Below, piece by piece: positions 56,380 through 64,000 of a stretch of DNA of 64,000 nt. The notes below the pieces were generated by a model. It had not been told where the DNA came from, searched no databases, and saw only the letters and a program-made list of their open reading frames with translations. The position numbers and the translations under genes are program-made. This DNA comes from an uncultured Phycisphaerales bacterium (GTDB lineage: Bacteria > Planctomycetota > Phycisphaerae > Tepidisphaerales > Tepidisphaeraceae), in assembly GCA_963844715.1 (NCBI GenBank), contig CAWJPJ010000003.1:1-64000 (forward strand), written 5' to 3'. The first letter of the stretch is position 1. The number at the start of each line of letters is the position of its first letter.

Positions 56380-57078
56380 CTACCGTTTGGGGATATGAAT
56401 GAACGGATCAAACATGCGAGGTGATCGATTGTGGGAATGATTGGGCGACACATGCGATTCCACCCACTCGGCCCAGAGGTCTATGCCCTTATCGGAGGCA
56501 ACGGACGACTGGATGACCGGCATTTTGGGTTTAATGCGCAAGACGTCCTGGATGAACACGTTCAAATCAAATTTCACCAGAGGAAGCAGGTCGATTTTGT
56601 TGAGAATGACCAGGTCGGATCCGGCGACGAGGAATGGATATTCCGTGGCCTTATCGTCACCCCCGGCGACGCTGAAGACGGAGGCGCGGAAATGCTGGCC
56701 AAGATCGAATTCCACGGGACTATAGGAACTGCCTTCGGATTCGATCAGCAGCAGGTCAAGTTCGCTGAGATTCAATTGAGTCAGCGCCTGGCGGACATTG
56801 ATGGCGGCGAGGCTATCGGTAACCAGCGGGATCACCTTGCAGCGATGGCGGGCGATGCGCTGGACCTGCCGTTCGGCGGCGAGTTCGGCGACGATGGCGG
56901 CGGTGCGAATTCGCGGATTCAACCGCGACAGCAGCGCCTCAGTCAGCGCGGTTTTTCCCGAACCTGCCGGACCGACCAGACTGATGGCAACCACGCCCGC
57001 GGCGGTCAATCTCGCGCGGTTCTCGCGGGCGATTGGATCGTTGAGATCAAATCTGGTTTTCAAGGTTACCGTGTCCAT
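56380..57078 (-). CDS. HypB-like G3E/SIMIBI GTPase, paralog 1, lacking metal ligands
   Basis: NDPIARENR, GPAGSGKT, P.EFDLGQ, GDDK..YP, NKIDLLP. Confidence 0.88.
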   Translation of the reverse strand: MDTVTLKTRFDLNDPIARENRARLTAAGVVAISLVGPAGSGKTALTEALLSRLNPRIRTAAIVAELAAERQVQRIARHRCKVIPLVTDSLAAINVRQALTQLNLSELDLLLIESEGSSYSPVEFDLGQHFRASVFSVAGGDDKATEYPFLVAGSDLVILNKIDLLPLVKFDLNVFIQDVLRIKPKMPVIQSSVASDKGIDLWAEWVESHVSPNHSHNRSPRMFDPFIHIPKR

Positions 57079-57094
57079 AATTCCACCTGCTGCA

Positions 57095-57550
57095 TTACGA
57101 CTGCTGATGCGGCCCCTGCGGCGCTCGGTCAATCTCTTTCCGCAACTGATTGTGCCGGGTCAGCGTCGCGCGGTCGTTCCATAAAACGAGCGAGCAAATG
57201 ATGAGCATCCAGATCGGCAGCGTCGGCAGGGCAAGCTCCGGTCGGGTCAACGCAAGTATCGCGCCCGACAACAGCGCGGAGATTCCAATTCCGAAGCGGA
57301 CCATGCGTCCAATACGAAAACGACGAGCGCGCATCTCCGACTCGACGGAAAAACGCGGCGCTTCACTTTCGAGTCTCCTGTCTGTTCCAAACAGAGCCTT
57401 CCGATTCGAAGCCGATCGCCAAACTCTCGTCCGATGACGTCCTTGGCGCGATCGACGCAGCGAAACAAAGTGCGCAAAGCGATCGTCCCGTTTATCGGAA
57501 TCAATCGAGTCTGATGCTGTCGTGTCGCTTCGCATAAGTCTCTCTTGCAA
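57095..57550 (-). CDS. Small hypothetical membrane protein
   Basis: Fills the gap between pckG and the HypB-like gene; two TM segments; start uncertain. Confidence 0.5.
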   Translation of the reverse strand: MQERLMRSDTTASDSIDSDKRDDRFAHFVSLRRSRQGRHRTRVWRSASNRKALFGTDRRLESEAPRFSVESEMRARRFRIGRMVRFGIGISALLSGAILALTRPELALPTLPIWMLIICSLVLWNDRATLTRHNQLRKEIDRAPQGPHQQS

Positions 57551-57553
57551 GGC

Positions 57554-59359
57554 TCACAGCCGGCTGACCAGCAACTCCTTCTGGAAGATCATTTCCTTCG
57601 GCAAATCGCCGGCCAGTTTCAGGAACAATTCCTCCTGTCCGAGGATTTCCGCTTTGAAAGTCTCGAGATCGACCTTCTGCACGGCATCAAAATCGGCTTG
57701 CGAGATGTTCAACCCTTCCAGGTCGATATCCCCGCCGCGCGGCATCCAACCCAGCGGCGTCTCCACCGCGTACGCGCGGCCGTTGCAGCGGTCGATGATC
57801 CATTTGAGGATGCGGACGTTTTCGCCGTAGCCGGGCCAGACGAATTCGCCCTTGTCGTTCTTTCTAAACCAATTGACATGGAAGATGCGCGGGCAATCCG
57901 TCATCTTCTTCCGCATGCGGAACCAGTGGACGAGATAGTCGCGAATGTTGTAGCCAATGAACGGGAGCATGGCCATCGGGTCGCGGCGAACAACTCCGAC
58001 CTGCCCGCCGGCGGCGGCGGTCGTTTCGCTTCCCAGAGTCGCGCCGACGTAAACACCGTGCATCCAGTTGAAGGCCTGGAAAACCAGGGGAAGCGTTTTG
58101 GCGCGGCGTCCGCCGAAGATGATGGCGGAAATCTCGACGCCGTTGGGGTCGTCCGCCGCCTGATCCAGCGCCGGATTGTTAATCATCGGTGCGGTAAACC
58201 TGCTATTAGGATGGGCGGCCTTGGACCCCGAGGCGGGCGTCCAAGGCTTGCCCATCCAGTCGAGGCACTGTGCGGGCGCCTCGGCCGTCTTCCCCTCCCA
58301 CCAGACGTCATTATCCGGGAGCAGCGCGACGTTCGTGAAGATCGTGTCGTGGCTCATGCACGCGATGGCGTTGGGATTGGTCTTCTCGTTCGTTCCCGGC
58401 ACTACGCCGAAATAACCCGCCTCCGGGTTGATGGCCCGCAGCCGGCCGGTCTTTTCGTCAACCCACATCCAGGCGATGTCGTCGCCGATCGTGGTCACCT
58501 TCCATCCCGCCTCGCGATATTTTTTCGGGGGAATCAGCATGGCAAAATTCGTTTTCCCGCAAGCGCTGGGGAAGGCCGCGGCAACGTAGGTTTTTTTGCC
58601 CTGGACGCTCACGCCGCTGATCAGCATGTGCTCGGCCATCCAGCCCTGTTGCTGGCCGAGAAAGCTGGCAATTCGCAGCGCCAGGCATTTCTTGCCCAGC
58701 AGCGCATTGCCGCCGTAACCGCTGCCGAAGCTCCAGACCGTGTTATCCAGCGGAAAATGGCAGATAAAGCGCCGCTGCGGGTCGCATTCGCCGACGCTGT
58801 GCAGGCATCGCGTGAAGTCTTCGCTTTCGCCAAGCTGTTTCCACGCCACGTTGCCCATGCGGGTCATGATCCCCATGTTCACCGCCACGTAGACGGAGTC
58901 GGTCAGTTGAATCCCGACCTTGGCCAGCGGCGAACCGATCGGTCCCATGACGAACGGGATGACGTACATCGTTCGTCCCTTCATGCAGCCGTTGAACAAA
59001 CCCTTGAGTTTTCCGTACGCGGCCCTGGGTTCCATCCAATTGTTGGTCGGTCCGCACATGTCCTGGCTGGGTGTGCAGATGAAGGTGCATTGTTCGGTTC
59101 GCGCGACGTCATTGGGGTTGCTGCGATGCAAATAGCAGCCCGGACGCTTCTCCTGATTGAGCGGGATCAGCACGCCTTCGCGAACGCCTTGCTCGATCAA
59201 TTCCCGCCTGTCGCTCGCGCTGCCGTTGCAGACATGAATTTTGTCAGGCTGGCAAAGGGCGACGCATTCATCGATCCACTGCTGAACATTCGACGGTTCA
59301 GCCGGCGCGGATTTTCTATCGCGAGCCTTGCGAACGGGGGGTGCTGTGAGGACTGCCAT
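57554..59359 (-). CDS. pckG: Phosphoenolpyruvate carboxykinase (GTP)
   Basis: [53 protein letters not shown]. Confidence 0.97.
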   Translation of the reverse strand: MAVLTAPPVRKARDRKSAPAEPSNVQQWIDECVALCQPDKIHVCNGSASDRRELIEQGVREGVLIPLNQEKRPGCYLHRSNPNDVARTEQCTFICTPSQDMCGPTNNWMEPRAAYGKLKGLFNGCMKGRTMYVIPFVMGPIGSPLAKVGIQLTDSVYVAVNMGIMTRMGNVAWKQLGESEDFTRCLHSVGECDPQRRFICHFPLDNTVWSFGSGYGGNALLGKKCLALRIASFLGQQQGWMAEHMLISGVSVQGKKTYVAAAFPSACGKTNFAMLIPPKKYREAGWKVTTIGDDIAWMWVDEKTGRLRAINPEAGYFGVVPGTNEKTNPNAIACMSHDTIFTNVALLPDNDVWWEGKTAEAPAQCLDWMGKPWTPASGSKAAHPNSRFTAPMINNPALDQAADDPNGVEISAIIFGGRRAKTLPLVFQAFNWMHGVYVGATLGSETTAAAGGQVGVVRRDPMAMLPFIGYNIRDYLVHWFRMRKKMTDCPRIFHVNWFRKNDKGEFVWPGYGENVRILKWIIDRCNGRAYAVETPLGWMPRGGDIDLEGLNISQADFDAVQKVDLETFKAEILGQEELFLKLAGDLPKEMIFQKELLVSRL

Positions 59360-59454
59360 AACGATTTCCTTCGCTAAGCCGGATTTCATTTCCGGCGGGT
59401 AAATATTGACGCCTTCAAATCCGGGCCGAAGATGTCCGATCAAGGAGCGTTGTC

Positions 59455-59972
59455 ATGCAGACATCCGATCTGTCCAAAGTCGTCAGTTCCGCGGTGGTTC
59501 CGGTTGTTATCATTTCATCCTGCGGGCTTTTGGCCCTGGCTTTTTACAATCGCATGGCCGCGATCGTGTCGCGGCTGCGCGCTTTTCAGCGCGAACGCCT
59601 GCTCGAACTGGAGCGCATCGCAAATTCCAAATCGCAGTATGGGCCTCGGCTGCTGGAACATCTCGAACTGCAAACCGCCCACGTCAAACGCCGGGCTAAA
59701 CTCATTCGGCTGACGCTGCTGTTTCTGCTGCTGACTATCGGGCTTCTCATCGGATGCTGCCTGATGCTCGGGCTGTCCGCTCTGGTGCCCCAGACGCTGT
59801 ACCTGGCGGATCCTCTTTTTGTTCTCGGGCTGCTCTCGATGCTCTGCAGCACCATCGCGGCCGCGCTGGAGCTGCGCTTCGCTGGAGCCGGTCGAACTGG
59901 AAAGCCAGTTCGTCACCGATGTTCTCAATGAATCGGCCCATCGCGATGCTGACGCGGCGTAAGCGTTCATGA
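59455..59972 (+). CDS. DUF2721-family membrane protein (frameshift ~59878)
   Basis: SAVVPVVIISSCGLLAL..NRMAAIVSRLR, RRAKLIR, three TM segments. Confidence 0.75.
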
Positions 59973-60851
59973 CAGCTCCTGCGCCACGGCATGATTGGAC
60001 GGTTCGGGCAAGCCGAGCATGTCCACAATTCTTGCGGCGGTTTCTTCGATCGCCTGATCGGTCACGTCCAACACCGGACAATGCAATTTCGCAAAGACCT
60101 GGCGGCACCATTCGATTTCCCTGGCGACTTCGCGAGGTTCGTTGTAGCCGGTCTGATTCATTCGCCAGGCCGTCTGCCGGCGCGTGCGGATCTCGGCAAG
60201 CTGGCCGGGATCGATCACCAATCCGACGATCTTTTTCGGATTCAACACCAGCAATTCCTTCGGCGGGGCGACCGCGATGGCCAGTGAGACATTGGCGACG
60301 CGAAATCCCTGCATCGCCAGGAAGATGCTCGTCGGGGTTTTTCCCGTCCGGGAAACTCCCGCCAGCACCACGTCGGCTTGGCCGAGACTGTCCAGCCCAA
60401 GCCCATCATCGTGTTCCAGCGTAAACGTCATCGCGTTGATGCGCCCGCAGTAGGCGTTGTCAACCCGGTGCAATCTCTGCGGGTCGGATTTTGAATCCAG
60501 GGCGGCCGCCTTGGCGAGAAATTCCACGGCCGATCCGGTCAAGTCCCAACAGGGAATTCCCAGTGCAATGCATCGCTCGGCAATTTGTTTTTTGAGCGCG
60601 GGCGAGACAACCGCGTGAAACACAATTCCCGGTCGGGTGGATAACGCGTCCAGCGACTCGTCGATGCGGGCTGGCTCGCTGATAAACGGGCGAGTCACGA
60701 CCTCAAACGATCCGGCCGGGAATTGAGTGAGAAAGCTGGTCACCATGTGGCGAGCCAGATTTCCCGTCGAGTCGGAGAACACGTACAAAGGAGTTGCGCG
60801 TCGCGTCCGGATGGAACGCTTCGGCGCCGGGTTGTTTCGGACTTTCGTCAT
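59967..60851 (-). CDS. PEP synthase/PPDK regulatory kinase-pyrophosphorylase (DUF299)
   Basis: SDSTG, HDDG, ADVVLAGVSRTGKTPTS, AIEETA. Confidence 0.92.
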   Translation of the reverse strand: MTKVRNNPAPKRSIRTRRATPLYVFSDSTGNLARHMVTSFLTQFPAGSFEVVTRPFISEPARIDESLDALSTRPGIVFHAVVSPALKKQIAERCIALGIPCWDLTGSAVEFLAKAAALDSKSDPQRLHRVDNAYCGRINAMTFTLEHDDGLGLDSLGQADVVLAGVSRTGKTPTSIFLAMQGFRVANVSLAIAVAPPKELLVLNPKKIVGLVIDPGQLAEIRTRRQTAWRMNQTGYNEPREVAREIEWCRQVFAKLHCPVLDVTDQAIEETAARIVDMLGLPEPSNHAVAQELS

Positions 60852-61058
60852 AAGCTACTGACATCATCGAATCTTTGTTGCCGCGGGAAAATCGGTGCTT
60901 GCCCGCCTTCGGGCATAGGGGAATTTGCTGATGGGAGATGCAAAGAATATCGGCCGCCGATGGGGCGGCGAAAATGCACTTATGCTTTCAAAATCGAAAG
61001 ATGCTCTCGCGGTGCGAAGGGATTGGTCTATCTCCCGAATCGCGATTACAACTGCGGG

Positions 61059-62849
61059 ATGGGCCGCAAGCCAAAAGCCGCGACGATCCCTCCCGAGGTT
61101 GATTTTCTTTACGCGTTTCGCTTGTCCAAAAATGGCAAATCCGCCTGCGATTGGACTGCCGGGCCGTTCACGCAGATTACGGGGTATCCGGCAGATACGC
61201 TGAAAAAACGCGGTTGGGAAGACCTGATCTATCCCAAGGACAAACCGCTGCTCAAGGACCGTCCGGCCGTGCTGCTTTCCGGCAATGGCGATGTGCGCGA
61301 GTATCGGCTGATCGCCGCCGATGGCCGGTTGAAATGGGTTCGCGATTTTGCCCAGCCGATCCGGACCGAATCGGACGGCAAGCTCTTTGTCATCGCCGCG
61401 GTTCAGGAAATCACCGCCGCCAGAAGATCGCGCGAGGAAATGAATCGCCTGGCCTCCATCGTCGAATATTCCCAGGATGCGATCATGGACCTGACGCTGG
61501 ACGGCGTGATCGTGAGTTGGAACCGCGCGGCCGAACGGATGTACGGATACTCCGTCGAGGAAGTGAAAGGCCGCACCGCCACGCTGCTGGTTCCGGCCGA
61601 CCGAATGGACGAAACGACGCGCATCTTCTCGGCTGTTCGGCGGGACGGGGCGGTCACCCGATTGGAAACGATCCGCATCCGCAAGGATAAAACCTTGATA
61701 CCCGTGGCGCTCACCGCCGGGCCGGTGCATGATGCGGCCGGGCAACTGATCGGCATCTCCACCATCAGCCGGGATATTTCGCAACTGAAGAACGCTGAAT
61801 CGGCGCTAGAGGAATCCGCCGGAAAAACCGCCGCGATTCTTACGACCATGGTGGATGGCGTGATGACCATCGATGAGCACGGCACGATCGACTCGATCAA
61901 CCCAGCCGCCGAGCGATTGTTCGGATATTCCTCCTCCGAAGTCCTCGGCCGCAACGTTAAAATGCTCATGCCGGAGCCATATCACTCGGAGCATGATGAA
62001 TACCTGGTCAACTATCTGCGCACGGGCATGGCGAAGATCATCGGCATCGGCCGCGAGGTCGTTGGAAAACGAAAGAACGGTTCCACATTTCCAATGGACC
62101 TGGCTGTCAGCGAAGTTCTCATCGGCCGGCGCCGCTTGTTCACCGGCATCGTGCGCGATCTCACCGACCGCAAGCGCCTCGAACGGCAAATCCTGGAAAT
62201 CAGCGACCGCGAACAGCGGCGGATCGGCCAGGATTTACATGATGGCCTCGGCCAGCAACTGGCCGGGATCGGATTCCTCAGCAAATCGCTGGAGCAGCGC
62301 CTCGGCAAAAAAAAGATCAAGGAATCCACCGATGCCCGGCAGATTGCCGAGCTGGTCTCTTCGGCCATTGCCCAGGCGCGCGGCATGGCCCACGGACTTC
62401 ATCCCGTCGACCTGGCCGCAACGGGATTGATGTCCGCCCTGAAAGAACTGGCCGCGACGGTCGAAAATACATTCCGCATCCCCTGCACGTTCAAATGTGA
62501 AAAACCGGTCCTGTTGTCGGACAATTCCGTCGGCACGCATCTTTATCGCATCACCCAGGAAGCGGTGAACAACGCGATCAAACACGGAAAAGCCCGGCAC
62601 GTCTGGATTGTCCTGATCCACACTCGCGATACAATCACCGTGTCGGTTCGGGACGACGGCATCGGTTTTCCCGAGGTTCTGCCGGAGAAAAAGGGAATAG
62701 GATTGCAAACCATGCGATATCGCGCCACGCTGATCGGCGCGACGCTGTCGATCCTGCGGCTCCCGACCGGCGGGACGCGCGTTGATTGCGCTCTGCGCGA
62801 TGTCGACACGATTCTTGAGGATGAGGCCCATGGCAAAAGCGGCGAGTAA
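61059..62849 (+). CDS. Multi-PAS sensor histidine kinase (FixL-type heme PAS plus HisKA_3/HATPase)
   Basis: Three PAS domains; MLMPEPYHSEHDEY...KIIGIGREVVG; EQRRIGQDLHDGLGQ; QEAVNNAIKHG; DDGIG. Confidence 0.92.
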   Translation: MGRKPKAATIPPEVDFLYAFRLSKNGKSACDWTAGPFTQITGYPADTLKKRGWEDLIYPKDKPLLKDRPAVLLSGNGDVREYRLIAADGRLKWVRDFAQPIRTESDGKLFVIAAVQEITAARRSREEMNRLASIVEYSQDAIMDLTLDGVIVSWNRAAERMYGYSVEEVKGRTATLLVPADRMDETTRIFSAVRRDGAVTRLETIRIRKDKTLIPVALTAGPVHDAAGQLIGISTISRDISQLKNAESALEESAGKTAAILTTMVDGVMTIDEHGTIDSINPAAERLFGYSSSEVLGRNVKMLMPEPYHSEHDEYLVNYLRTGMAKIIGIGREVVGKRKNGSTFPMDLAVSEVLIGRRRLFTGIVRDLTDRKRLERQILEISDREQRRIGQDLHDGLGQQLAGIGFLSKSLEQRLGKKKIKESTDARQIAELVSSAIAQARGMAHGLHPVDLAATGLMSALKELAATVENTFRIPCTFKCEKPVLLSDNSVGTHLYRITQEAVNNAIKHGKARHVWIVLIHTRDTITVSVRDDGIGFPEVLPEKKGIGLQTMRYRATLIGATLSILRLPTGGTRVDCALRDVDTILEDEAHGKSGE

Positions 62850-63510
62850 ATCTGCCGGCAACAAACACCGGATTTTCCTGGTGGACGATCATCCCGTGCT
62901 GCGGCAGGGGATGGGCCGGTTGATCGACGATCAACCCGACATGATGGTCTGCGGCGAAGCCGAATCCCCGCCCGATGCCATTCGCCTGCTGGCCGCCGCC
63001 AAGGCGGATGCGGCCATCGTCGACCTGACCCTCAAAGGCGGCGACGGGCTGGAACTGTGCAAACAAATCCGCGACCGCTGGAAGGATCTGCCGATCCTGG
63101 TTGTTTCGATGCACGATGAATCGCTGTATGCCGAACGGGCGCTCAAAGCCGGCGCCCGCGGCTACATCATGAAACAGGAGCCGCAGGAAACGGTGATGAA
63201 CGCCATCCGCACGGTGGTGAAAGGGCAGGTTTATCTCAGTGGGGCAATGTCCGCCAAATTATTACAGAGTTTTTCGGGGCCGCGCTCCGCCGCCGACCTT
63301 CCGCCGCTGGCCCGGCTGACCGATCGCGAACTGGAAATTTTCCGCCTGATCGGCGCGGGGCAAAGCGTGCGGGCCATTGCGGAGAAACTTTTCCTGAGCA
63401 CGAAAACCGTCGAGGCGCATAAAGAGCACATTAAGCAGAAGCTGAATTTGAAGAGCAGCAATGAACTGCTGCAATATGCAATCGAGGCGCGGGTGACGGA
63501 TAGGGAATAG
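62830..63510 (+). CDS. NarL/FixJ-family response regulator (REC plus LuxR HTH)
   Basis: LVDDHP, IVDL, SMH, GYIMK, LTDRELEI, STKTVEAH. Confidence 0.93.
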   Translation: MAKAASKSAGNKHRIFLVDDHPVLRQGMGRLIDDQPDMMVCGEAESPPDAIRLLAAAKADAAIVDLTLKGGDGLELCKQIRDRWKDLPILVVSMHDESLYAERALKAGARGYIMKQEPQETVMNAIRTVVKGQVYLSGAMSAKLLQSFSGPRSAADLPPLARLTDRELEIFRLIGAGQSVRAIAEKLFLSTKTVEAHKEHIKQKLNLKSSNELLQYAIEARVTDRE

Positions 63511-63588
63511 ATCAGTTGCTCCCGGCAGGAACGAATCAAGAAAAAGGCTCATGCCGGTCTTGGGCAAGAAACCAAAGAGGAATTTGGA

Positions 63589-64000
63589 ATGAAATCATTA
63601 GCCCTTAAATCGCAGCGACAGAAGTCTACAGCAAAAATGTGGGGGAAAGGCATTTTTACAATCGCTTCAGTCCTATATTTTTTAGCAATCTGCAGCTCAT
63701 TACCCAGTTGTTTCGCGGGGGATCCGGTTCCCGCCGGCACGCAGCCCAGTATCGCGGCCGACGTGCCGTCGACTCCATCTCCGTCTGCGCTGCCCAAGAC
63801 CTTCAAATGGACGTCGACGGGTCCGCTGGCGCAGCCAAAGTCCGGGTGGGTCTCGCTCAAGGACTTCAGCTGCGTGGTCTACAACAATCAGTACATTGTC
63901 TACATGTCCAGGGTCAACACCGCAGGCACCGCCTACAGCGGGGCCATGATGACCTTTTCCAATTGGTCTCAGATGGCCACAGCCACCCAAAACTCGATCC
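63589..64000 (+). CDS. GH62 alpha-L-arabinofuranosidase (partial, runs off the window end)
   Basis: Open frame from ATG 63589: signal peptide, then LPKTFKWTSTGPLAQPKSGWVSLKDFS...FSNWSQMATATQ, a typical GH62 N-terminus. Confidence 0.85.
   Translation, partial: MKSLALKSQRQKSTAKMWGKGIFTIASVLYFLAICSSLPSCFAGDPVPAGTQPSIAADVPSTPSPSALPKTFKWTSTGPLAQPKSGWVSLKDFSCVVYNNQYIVYMSRVNTAGTAYSGAMMTFSNWSQMATATQNSI

Noticed and set aside
55659..57078. Calling the two GTPases true hypB hydrogenase maturation genes
   Set aside because: The metal-binding motifs are absent and no hyp or hydrogenase genes are in the window, so no gene symbol was assigned.
57545..59377. 610-aa + strand ORF
   Set aside because: Antisense shadow of pckG, common in GC-rich DNA. 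The same applies to 20595-21665, 32401-33549, 37082-38173 and 44592-45761.
60723..61058. N-terminal extension of the sensor kinase given in the ORF track
   Set aside because: It overlaps the divergent DUF299 gene and its promoter region; the ATG at 61059 is the more plausible start.

Overview
GC-rich bacterial DNA, most likely Planctomycetota (Phycisphaerae/Tepidisphaerales-like). This is inferred from a LEPR-XLL-type giant surface protein, PEP-CTERM proteins and the style of intergenic repeats. Many conserved genes are split by 1-bp frameshifts, which most likely reflects an unpolished long-read assembly. The window has three parts. (i) 1-9.6 kb, downstream of tRNA-Ile: a giant beta-helix/FN3 surface protein and a TPR-GT41 glycosyltransferase. 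(ii) About 9.9-47 kb, a core region whose + strand is visibly C-rich: moaB, RND pump, ilvB with a candidate leader peptide, S41 protease, coaB, dut, ftsK, ubiE, astB, two PEP-CTERM genes, tRNA-Cys, glycosyltransferases, pfk, accC/accB, an M24 peptidase, an IS5 element and several REP-like repeat families. (iii) 47-64 kb: higBA, a transposase remnant, an orphan 3' half of tRNA-Ser (att-like), an AbiE-type pair, tRNA-Gly, a candidate micro-oxic module and the start of a GH62 gene. The module is pckG, two HypB-like GTPases lacking the metal ligands, a Cys-rich protein and cydAB, next to a DUF299 kinase/pyrophosphorylase and a FixL-type heme-PAS kinase with a NarL-type regulator. The ligand-less HypB pair linked to cydAB is the strongest candidate for an undescribed system. 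All calls come from reading motifs by eye; no searches were run.
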